Source: an uncultured Alphaproteobacteria bacterium
GTDB lineage: Bacteria; Pseudomonadota; Alphaproteobacteria; RF32; CAG-239
Reading direction: 5' to 3'
NCBI GenBank assembly: GCA_944392865.1
Contig: CALXYD010000003.1
Coordinates: 1 to 63,044 of the forward strand
DNA length: 63,044 nt
The translations under genes and the position numbers were made by a program. The notes under the pieces are model-generated. The model had not been told where the DNA came from and made no database searches. It saw only the letters and a list, made by a program, of their open reading frames with translations. This document shows positions 55,655-63,044 of the stretch, piece after piece. Position 1 is the stretch's first letter, and each line of letters begins with the position of its first letter.

Positions 55655-56497
55655 ATGGCAACAACGGCGGCTAACAATATGAATTTGCAGGATATGGAAG
55701 TTTATCCCGAACACGAATGCACCTATCGGCTGTGCGGGTTGGCGGCGGCGCTTTTGCTGGCGTTGGCGCTGGCGCTGACGGCGGTTACGGTGCGTGATGA
55801 CGTGGTGGCGGCGCAGTTTAATCGGATGATGCAGTCTTTTTACCGTTTTTCGGCTGACCGGGGACTTTATGTTGAAGACGTGATTGTGGAGGGCAACCGA
55901 CGCACTTCTTACGATGATTTGATTGCCGCGCTTAATTTTTCGGAAAACGAGAGCATACTGGGGATTGATATTGAACAGTTGCAACGGCAAATTGAGCAGT
56001 TGACCTGGGTGCGGCGGTGCGTGGTCAAACGGAGCTTTTTCCCCAACAACGTGCTGGTGCATATTGAAGAACGCAAAGTGCAGGCGGTTTGGCAATATCA
56101 GGGACGCTATTATCCGGTGGATACGGAAGGCAATGTTATAGAGGTGGAAGATTTTGAACCTGATGCGCCGGTGCTGGTGCTGACCGGCGAAGGCGCGCCG
56201 CAACATCTGACTGAGCTGATGGAAGTGCTTAATACCGATGAAGAGCTTGCCGGGCGCGTCAAGGCGGCGGTGTATGTTTCCAACCGGCGGTGGAATTTGA
56301 TTTTTGACAATGTCAATCACGGCGTGGTGGTTAAGCTGCCCGAGAAAAATTTTGCCGAAGCATATCAAAAAATCGCATTATTGAACAAAAGACAGGGAAT
56401 TTTTAAGCGTAAATTAACTTCCTTGGATGTACGTTACAGAAATAAGGTTATTGTCGATATTGACAAGTCTGCCGAAGATATGATGTTTAAACGCTAA
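55655..56497 (+). CDS. ftsQ: Cell division protein FtsQ
   Basis: 280 aa with a single TM helix followed by a POTRA-like region (V.V.GN..T). Lies between murB and ftsA. Confidence 0.8.
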   Translation: MATTAANNMNLQDMEVYPEHECTYRLCGLAAALLLALALALTAVTVRDDVVAAQFNRMMQSFYRFSADRGLYVEDVIVEGNRRTSYDDLIAALNFSENESILGIDIEQLQRQIEQLTWVRRCVVKRSFFPNNVLVHIEERKVQAVWQYQGRYYPVDTEGNVIEVEDFEPDAPVLVLTGEGAPQHLTELMEVLNTDEELAGRVKAAVYVSNRRWNLIFDNVNHGVVVKLPEKNFAEAYQKIALLNKRQGIFKRKLTSLDVRYRNKVIVDIDKSAEDMMFKR

Positions 56498-56514
56498 AAA
56501 ACGAAAGGCTGGCA

Positions 56515-57768
56515 ATGAACCATTCTTTTAACAAGGCACAAATCGTCGCTGCTTTGGATATCGGTACATCCAAAGTGTGTTGTATTATTGCCCGGGTTAC
56601 GAGAGAAAAAAGGGTTTCTATTTTAGGATACGGCTACAACGCCGCCAAGGGAATTAAAAACGGCGTGGTGACGGATATCAATCAGGCGACGATTGCGGTT
56701 TGCAATGCGGTGGAAGCGGCGGAGCAGATGTCCAACGAGCGGATTATGGACGTGATTGTCAATGTTTCCGGCGACCGTACCCGCAGCGTCGTGCGCAGTT
56801 CTTCGGTGTCGTTGCACAAGAATCGTCCGGTCAGCGAAGACGATGTCAAAAAAGTTACCGACAAGGGCGTGATGAAAGTCAATGTTGAGGGCAATGAGCC
56901 GATACACTTTTTAACAATGGGGTATCAGGTTGACAATGGCGAAGAAGTTAAAAATCCGGTCAATATCTATGGCGATACGCTTAATGTGAATATTTTGCTC
57001 GGGCTTTATCCGCGGCCGATGTATAAAAATCTGGTAACGGTGGTTGAGAGCGCCCATCTGGATGTGGATATGAAGGCTTTTTCGGCATACGCGTCTGGGT
57101 TGGCGTGTCTGGTTGACGATGAAAAAGAACTCGGGGCGACGATTATTGATATCGGCGGCGGGACAACGAGTATTGCGACATTCAAAAACGGACACCCGGT
57201 TTATTTTTCTTCCATTCCGGTCGGCGGTATAAACGTTACCAACGATATTGCTCTCGGGCTGACGACGTCTTTCAACTATGCGGAAGAGGTTAAGAATCGG
57301 CACGGCTGCGCTTTTCTTATCAGCCAGGACGAGCAGGAAATCATCAATGTTTATCCGGTCGGGGAAGAAGACGACAGCAGCATTAAACAGATTTACCGCT
57401 CGGATTTAATCAATATTATCTCGCCGCGGATTGAAGAAATTTTTGAACTGGTCGGGCGCAAACTTGACGAGGCCGGTTATAAGAACACCGCGTCGCACCG
57501 GGTTGTGCTGACCGGCGGGGCGTCGCAACTGCCGGGTATGCGCGAAGTGGCGAGCATGGTTTTGGACAAGCAGGTGCGAATCGGGCGGCCGCGCAATATT
57601 GAAAATATTCCGCAGGTGTTGCACAGTCCGACATTCTCAACGGCGTTGGGGCTGTTGCTGTTTGCCGTCAACAATTCGGAGCGCAAAATTGTCAAGCGGG
57701 TGAACGTCAGCGCCAACAGCGGCGGTTTATTCGGGAAAATTCTGGAGCTGTTTAAGAAGACTTGCTGA
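56515..57768 (+). CDS. ftsA: Cell division protein FtsA
   Basis: 417 aa. Actin-fold motifs ALDIGTSKV, IIDIGGGTTS and VLTGGASQLPG. Confidence 0.93.
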   Translation: MNHSFNKAQIVAALDIGTSKVCCIIARVTREKRVSILGYGYNAAKGIKNGVVTDINQATIAVCNAVEAAEQMSNERIMDVIVNVSGDRTRSVVRSSSVSLHKNRPVSEDDVKKVTDKGVMKVNVEGNEPIHFLTMGYQVDNGEEVKNPVNIYGDTLNVNILLGLYPRPMYKNLVTVVESAHLDVDMKAFSAYASGLACLVDDEKELGATIIDIGGGTTSIATFKNGHPVYFSSIPVGGINVTNDIALGLTTSFNYAEEVKNRHGCAFLISQDEQEIINVYPVGEEDDSSIKQIYRSDLINIISPRIEEIFELVGRKLDEAGYKNTASHRVVLTGGASQLPGMREVASMVLDKQVRIGRPRNIENIPQVLHSPTFSTALGLLLFAVNNSERKIVKRVNVSANSGGLFGKILELFKKTC

Positions 57769-57896
57769 TACGGGTGGCGAAAAAATGGCGCCGGGTGCAA
57801 AAAAAATCCGGCGGCGGTAACGAAAACTTAATTTATTTAAAGCTAAAATCCATGGTAAAAGGAATTTAGCTTTTTTTTATAAACGGAGATGAAAAT

Positions 57897-59534
57897 ATGG
57901 CAATTAAACTGGCTGTCGGAGAAACGAGCTTTACGCATTTAAAACCAAGAATTACCGTTATCGGCGTCGGCGGCGGCGGCGGCAATGCCATCAGCAATAT
58001 GATGGCGAAGAATCTGGAGGGGGTTGATTTTGTCGTGGCCAATACCGACGCGCAGGCGTTGGCGCTTTCTCCCGCCGGACGGAAAATCCAACTCGGGCTT
58101 GAAATTACGCAGGGGCTCGGCGCGGGCGCCAGGCCGGAAATCGGCAAAATGGCGGCGGAGGAAGCCCGTGAAGAGATTGAAAAAGAACTGGCAGATTCCA
58201 ATATGGTGTTTATTACCGCGGGTATGGGCGGCGGAACAGGCTCGGGCGCGGCGCCGGTGGTTGCCAAAATTGCCAAGGAAAAAGGCATTTTGACGGTCGG
58301 CGTGGTGACTAAACCGTTTGCGTTTGAAGGCAAAAAAAGAATGGAAAACGCCGAGGCGGCACTGGAAACGTTTATTAAAGAAGTTGACAGCATTATCGTT
58401 ATTCCGAACCAAAACCTGTTTCGGATTGCCGATAAGAATACAACACTCAAAGACGCGTTTATCAAGGCGGACGAGGTGCTTTACGACGGCGTGCGTTCCA
58501 TTACCGATTTGATGATTATGCCGGGGCTTATCAATCTTGATTTTGCCGACGTTAAACGGATTATGGAAGACAAGGGCAAGGCGATTATGGGCACGGGCGA
58601 GGCCGAGGGCGAAGACCGGGCGCGGGTGGCGGCGGAACAGGCGCTTTCCAACCCGATTTTGGACGATTGTTCCATGAAAGGCGCCAAGGGCGTGCTGATT
58701 AACATTACCGGTGGTTCGGATATTACTTTGATGGAAATTGACGAGGCGGTTAATATTATCCGCGAAGAAGTTGACGAGAACGCGGAAATTATTTTCGGCT
58801 CCAGCTATGACGATTCTCTGTCCGGGCGTATCCGCGTATCCATTGTGGTAACCGGGATTGACGATGAAGCGACGGCGCCGGCAATGAAGAACAAGGAAAT
58901 GGGCGCATACGTTGATTTGGACGCCGGAAAGGCGGAAGAAGAGGCGGATACCGCGCCGGTAATGGAAGAAATTGTGGAAGAAGACCGGCCGGCAGAAGAG
59001 GCGCCGATTGAACTCAGCAATGTGGTGGAACTGCCGACGGCGAAAAAATCGGCGGCACCGCAGCAGGGTGAGTTTGCGGAGATGAAAGCCGAGGGCGAGA
59101 GCGAAGAACCGCATTCTTCTTCGGCGTTGTTTAACGCGATTATCAACAAGCCGGTCGTGGCGAATGCCGAAGAGGCGGCGCAGGCAAAATCCGAGTTGGC
59201 GGAAATTAAAGTGGAAAAAGCTTTTGCTCCGACGGCCAAAGTGAAGATTATTGAGGAAGAGCCGCAGCTGTTCCCTGAGCAGGGAGAGGTTGAACTGCCG
59301 CGCGAACGCAAGGCGCGCGAAGAGGCGCAGGCGATGATTCAGGAGGAGGAAGAAACATCCGAGCCGACGCGCCAGCGTTTTATTGATAAGATTTTGGGAA
59401 TTTCGCGGGCAAAGGCAAAAAAGCCGGTTAAGCCGGTGGTTATGCCGAAGTTTGATGAGATTGAAGACTTTGCGGAGAAAGAAAGCGAGAACGAGGACGA
59501 TTTGGAGATACCGTCGTTTTTGCGGCGCCGCTAA
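57897..59534 (+). CDS. ftsZ: Cell division GTPase FtsZ (long C-terminal linker)
   Basis: GVGGGGGNA and the tubulin signature [14 protein letters not shown] ~200-aa acidic linker is followed by the C-terminal peptide [12 protein letters not shown]. Confidence 0.97.
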   Translation: MAIKLAVGETSFTHLKPRITVIGVGGGGGNAISNMMAKNLEGVDFVVANTDAQALALSPAGRKIQLGLEITQGLGAGARPEIGKMAAEEAREEIEKELADSNMVFITAGMGGGTGSGAAPVVAKIAKEKGILTVGVVTKPFAFEGKKRMENAEAALETFIKEVDSIIVIPNQNLFRIADKNTTLKDAFIKADEVLYDGVRSITDLMIMPGLINLDFADVKRIMEDKGKAIMGTGEAEGEDRARVAAEQALSNPILDDCSMKGAKGVLINITGGSDITLMEIDEAVNIIREEVDENAEIIFGSSYDDSLSGRIRVSIVVTGIDDEATAPAMKNKEMGAYVDLDAGKAEEEADTAPVMEEIVEEDRPAEEAPIELSNVVELPTAKKSAAPQQGEFAEMKAEGESEEPHSSSALFNAIINKPVVANAEEAAQAKSELAEIKVEKAFAPTAKVKIIEEEPQLFPEQGEVELPRERKAREEAQAMIQEEEETSEPTRQRFIDKILGISRAKAKKPVKPVVMPKFDEIEDFAEKESENEDDLEIPSFLRRR

Positions 59535-59553
59535 TGAGGCGATAAACAAAAGG

Positions 59554-59583
59554 AAAACCCCGCCGTTTGCACGACGGGGTTTT
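59554..59583. terminator. Bidirectional rho-independent terminator
   Basis: aaaaccccg(c)cgt-ttgc-acg(a)cggggtttt, between convergent genes. Confidence 0.7.
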
Positions 59584-59614
59584 GCGTGTACGCTATCTTT
59601 GGCAGGATACGGAA

Positions 59615-60493
59615 TTACATCTTGCCGAGATTGCGGACGGTTACCGCGTAGTTGGCCGGCCATTGTTTGCCCGGGACAAGCACGCGGATTTGCGACTGCC
59701 TGGGCAAGACATTGACGTAGAAGTGTTCCGTATCGGCGGAATATTCATTCACGCAATCTCCGCCGCAACTCCGGAAATACGCGTCCGGGGTCAGGCGGGC
59801 GATTTCCTCAAGTTCCGCAAGACGCGGGCATTTCAACACATAGTCGCCGGCAGCGCCATCCTCAATCTTTTCATAACCGGATAAGTCCAAATTATAAACT
59901 TTTTTCGGTTCAATGTTGCGGACGGTTACCGCGTAGTCGGCCGGCCATTGTTTGCCCGGGACAAGCACGCGGATTTGCGATTGCCTGGGCAGAACATTGA
60001 CGTAGAAGTGTTCCGTATCTTTGGTGTATGTTTCAATGTCGCCGCAGCTCTGGAAAGCCGCATTCGGTTCAAGTTGCGCGATTTCCTCAAGTTCCGCGAG
60101 GCGCGGGCATTTCAACACATAGTCGCCGCCTTTGCCTTCGGCAATTTTTTCGTAACCCGAGAGGGCAATACGCCAGACCCTTTCACGCTTCAGCTTATAC
60201 GGCGATGTATCCAGCATGTCTTTTCCCGCCGTCAGTTTTTCCGCCGGGGATTTAAGCAAATCATCCCAGGAGGCGAAACCGGCGATTTTGGCGAGTATGT
60301 GCTGCGCTTTCATCAGGGTAAAGTTCGCATAGTCGTCTATGCCGAAATCGGTAACGACAGCGTTCACGTCATAAAAACGCGGCGCGCAAACGTAGGTCGA
60401 ATCGTCCTGCATAAAGTCCAGCTTGAAGTCGTGGAATAAATTTTTGGCCTGGAGTTTAAAGTAACCAACATCTAAATCTTTATCGTTTTTCAT
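59615..60493 (-). CDS. Hypothetical protein with a tandemly duplicated 95-aa domain
   Basis: 292 aa. The repeats GYEKI..GDYVLKCPRLAELEEIA..TEHFYVNVLPRQSQIRVLVPGKQWPA.YAVTVRN occur twice, with a 285-bp period at the DNA level. Confidence 0.75.
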   Translation of the reverse strand: MKNDKDLDVGYFKLQAKNLFHDFKLDFMQDDSTYVCAPRFYDVNAVVTDFGIDDYANFTLMKAQHILAKIAGFASWDDLLKSPAEKLTAGKDMLDTSPYKLKRERVWRIALSGYEKIAEGKGGDYVLKCPRLAELEEIAQLEPNAAFQSCGDIETYTKDTEHFYVNVLPRQSQIRVLVPGKQWPADYAVTVRNIEPKKVYNLDLSGYEKIEDGAAGDYVLKCPRLAELEEIARLTPDAYFRSCGGDCVNEYSADTEHFYVNVLPRQSQIRVLVPGKQWPANYAVTVRNLGKM

Positions 60494-60993
60494 AATATAA
60501 TCCTTTTTTCTTCCAGAAGCCTTTTATCTTGATTGATTTTTGCGCCCGTACCCTATTGGCAGATAAAAAACTTCCGAGGGTTATACTATGAAATGCCGGG
60601 TGATGAAATCTTTACACGGGCGAGCGTGCACCCCGGCTTGCAGAATCGTTTTTATACTAATAGACAGAAAGAGTCAAGAAAAAATGCATTTGAGTCAAAT
60701 TTTTTTGTGGGAGGGCGAAAAAACAAAGGTTATCGGGCGCTGAAGGGGATGAGCGGGCAAAGAAAGGCTTTGGGGTAGGGTGGCGTTGAGGCGCGGTGGA
60801 GGTGGAAAGCATGAAGAGCAGGAGGAGTTGGGGACATAGGGAGGATAGAGAGGGGATATAGAGGCGGGGCGGGCGGCGGTATGGCAGGCGGGCGTGGCAG
60901 GATAAAGAAGATGGCGGGGCGGCGGTGTAGAAAGAGAAGAGGCGAAAAGGTCGGGTGGCAAAAAGGATCGTATCGGAAATGAGAATCGGATAC

Positions 60994-61020
60994 AAAAAAA
61001 GGGGAGCCGTGCGGTTCCCC
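60994..61020 (-). terminator. Rho-independent terminator of the OMP gene
   Basis: On the minus strand: ggggaaccgcacggctcccc followed by TTTTTTT. Confidence 0.65.
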
Positions 61021-61045
61021 TTGATTTTTTCAAACGATACGTTGA

Positions 61046-61567
61046 TTAAAAAGCGTATCTGATACCGATGGAAAATTCATCCAGGCTATCCAATTTGGAG
61101 CCGTTTACCCAAGCGTGATGATACATCACTCTGGCGCTGGTATTTTCGGTCATCGCATACTGCAAGCCGGCACCCAGACGTTCGGCCAAGCCATAGTCTC
61201 TGCCCAGGCCGTTGTCGCCTTTAATATTGTAGTTGGCAATACCGGCGGAACCCAGGAGTTCCCATCTGCCGGAGCAACCCAACTGCTGATAAACAATCGC
61301 ATCCAAGCCCCAGCCGCTGATACGGGTGTCATGTGTGGCTTTGTGTTCTTTCAGGCCATAGTTGTAAAAAGCTTCCAACCCGAAGCGGTCTGTTCTGCCG
61401 CCGATAACCGCGGATACCGATTTATCTTTGGAGCTGATGCTGTGGGACGAATCGGTGTCTACAATCGCATAGTTGGCGTCTAAGCCGACATAAGGGGTTA
61501 CGTCAATGGCTTCCGCGTTGGCGGCAACCATTCCGGCAAGTCCTGCCAATAACAAAACTTTTTTCAT
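61046..61567 (-). CDS. Small outer-membrane beta-barrel protein (OmpW/OmpA-barrel-like)
   Basis: 173 aa. Signal peptide MKKVLLLAGLAGMVAANAEA, alternating beta-strand pattern, and a C-terminal IGIRYAF ending in Phe. Confidence 0.82.
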   Translation of the reverse strand: MKKVLLLAGLAGMVAANAEAIDVTPYVGLDANYAIVDTDSSHSISSKDKSVSAVIGGRTDRFGLEAFYNYGLKEHKATHDTRISGWGLDAIVYQQLGCSGRWELLGSAGIANYNIKGDNGLGRDYGLAERLGAGLQYAMTENTSARVMYHHAWVNGSKLDSLDEFSIGIRYAF

Positions 61568-61786
61568 CTAAGAGTTCCTCTTCATAAGTTTAATTACATA
61601 TCGTTGAATTGTTAACGATGTATTAACTTTAGTTTATATTTGCTTAATTGCAAGCGGAATCTTGTCCTTTACGGATGAAAATAAAGATTATTGCGTAAAT
61701 TTAAGGCGATAGCGGTTGGTAAGGATTCGCAAACGGCGGATAAAATGCGGGCAATGGCTGAAAAAAGCGCCGGCGAATCGGGAAAT

Positions 61787-62284
61787 TTACCCTATCCGAT
61801 GGCGGATGGCCTCGGCAAATACGCGCGTTAAGTCGGACAATGTCGCCGGGTGCAAATTATCCGGCTCTATGCCCATGTGCCCGGCGAGGCTGACAAAGTC
61901 TTCAAAGCGAAGGGCGTATTTGGGTATCATCAATTGTTGCATATTCAGGCAATCGGGGCGGACGGACTTGTCTATATATATGCCGTCGCTGCTGATGGCG
62001 GTCGGAATGCCGGCGCTGATGGTTTCACAACAGGAATAAGTGTCGCCGGTGTGGACGGCCAGCGTGTTGCCGTAGCCAAGCACGCCCGGGTAAATGTTGC
62101 CGAGCTTTTGCAGTTTGGCAAAATCGGCGGCGTGGCGGCCGGAATACAAACGCCAGGAAGACGGTTTTGCGGCGTCGGCAGCGACGGTAAACGACAGGTA
62201 AGGGCGGTATTTTTCCAACGCGGTGCGATAGTCTTCCACTTTGACAATGGCGCGGAGCGGCATGCTGTCCGGTCGGCGCCCCAT
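61787..62284 (-). CDS. Hypothetical protein (about 165 aa, start uncertain)
   Basis: The minus-strand translation looks protein-like, whereas the overlapping plus-strand ORF is G/A/R-rich noise. No SD and no recognised domain. Confidence 0.45.
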   Translation of the reverse strand: MGRRPDSMPLRAIVKVEDYRTALEKYRPYLSFTVAADAAKPSSWRLYSGRHAADFAKLQKLGNIYPGVLGYGNTLAVHTGDTYSCCETISAGIPTAISSDGIYIDKSVRPDCLNMQQLMIPKYALRFEDFVSLAGHMGIEPDNLHPATLSDLTRVFAEAIRHRIG

Positions 62285-62446
62285 AATCGCCAAAACGGAG
62301 GCGAACAGGCGGAGATTGCCGTAACTTATGAACGCCCGGTGCGCCGGATATTATGCTTTTTTTATAGCGCGGATTTGCTAATAAAGGTTTAAGGCGGCGG
62401 AGAATTTTTGCTGATGGGGGGGCTATGCTGTTTAGGAAAATGTCTG

Positions 62447-63022
62447 TTATGCGGCGGGATTTTTGCGGCGGGCAAGGACGGCCGCTTCGGAATAGACACA
62501 ACCGCAATAATCCTGATTATATAATCCGAGTTCTTTGATGAGCGCCAGGCGCGCTTCCTGCATACCGTGTTTGCGCCCTTCAATTTCCACATACGGAACG
62601 CCGGTGTCTGCCGAGGCACGGGCGGCGGCTGCGTTGACCTGCGCCAGATTTTTCCAGCGCGATACGCCCAAAACCGAAGCCACGGCGGCAAAACCGTTGG
62701 CCTTGGCGTATTCCATTACCCGGCGCAGACGCAGTTCAAAGCAGAGCGAACAGCGGGCGCCGCGTTCGGGTTCGTCTTTATAGGGCAGGGTTTGTTTCAG
62801 CCAGTTTTCCGGGTCGTATTCCAGCTCAATAAAAGGAATATGCCATCGGACGCAGAGTTTTTGCTGTTCGTCGCGGCGTTTGGCATATTCGGCGGCGGGG
62901 TGGATGTTCGGGTTATAAAAAGCCACGGCAAAATCCGCGCCGTCTTCGTGCAGTTTTTTGATAACGGCACAGGCGCACGGCGCACAACAGGAGAGCAGGA
63001 GAATTTTTCCGCTTGTCGGCAT
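62447..63022 (-). CDS. queH: Epoxyqueuosine reductase QueH (DUF208)
   Basis: 191 aa. Cys motifs LLLSCCAPCACAV, RCSLCFELRL and DYCGCVYS, plus FYNPNIHP. Confidence 0.88.
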   Translation of the reverse strand: MPTSGKILLLSCCAPCACAVIKKLHEDGADFAVAFYNPNIHPAAEYAKRRDEQQKLCVRWHIPFIELEYDPENWLKQTLPYKDEPERGARCSLCFELRLRRVMEYAKANGFAAVASVLGVSRWKNLAQVNAAAARASADTGVPYVEIEGRKHGMQEARLALIKELGLYNQDYCGCVYSEAAVLARRKNPAA

Positions 63023-63044
63023 AATATCGTTTTCCTTTCGGCGC

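Noticed and set aside
55364-56368. 334-aa minus-strand ORF.
   Set aside because: It is antisense to murB and ftsQ.
57939-59663. 574-aa minus-strand ORF.
   Set aside because: It is antisense to ftsZ, whose tubulin signature is unambiguous.
60657-61033. Two 112-aa minus-strand ORFs.
   Set aside because: They are Pro/Ser/Leu low-complexity translations of the purine-rich spacer. Two frames are equally open, which argues against coding.
61850-62392. 180-aa plus-strand ORF.
   Set aside because: It is a Gly/Ala/Arg/Val-rich shadow of the minus-strand ORF 61787-62284, which reads more like a genuine protein. Neither is strongly supported.

Overview
This is a 63-kb chromosomal window from a Gram-negative bacterium. 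LPS core genes (DUF374-waaA-lpxK plus GT2/GT8), a beta-barrel OMP and a long-linker 545-aa FtsZ give an Alphaproteobacteria-like impression, but this is unproven without searches. The housekeeping backbone includes nrdR-nusB-def, murF, alr, tatD-family, tcdA-like, uvrB, lon, smpB and a membrane H+-pyrophosphatase. It also includes a Pif1/RecD-like helicase, a stripped-down division block (mraY-ftsW-murB-ftsQ-ftsA-ftsZ), queH, tRNA-Leu(CAA) and tRNA-Ser(UGA). Many orphan secreted or membrane proteins lie between these genes:
- an RTX fragment
- a 28-aa tandem-repeat protein
- three Sec-signal ankyrin proteins, two of them tandem paralogs
- a 1502-aa giant protein with NDAPx repeats and a central hydrophobic block
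- a DUF4139-like protein
- two paralogous lipoproteins that share a conserved 5' leader
- several unknowns

I saw no transposase, integrase, CRISPR array, rRNA or recognisable defence system. The most unusual signals are non-coding or architectural:
- a MITE-like element whose first bases supply the stop codon of two unrelated genes
- a 182-bp-period duplication that includes the tRNA-Ser 3' end
- a perfect 21-bp inverted repeat with an alternative pairing partner just upstream of the LPS glycosyltransferase genes
- an 83-bp near-identical 3' tail shared by the GT2 and GT8 genes
- a 285-bp in-frame tandem duplication
- G-rich, C-depleted spacers

All functional calls rest on motif recognition by eye. 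No BLAST, HMM or folding computation was possible.
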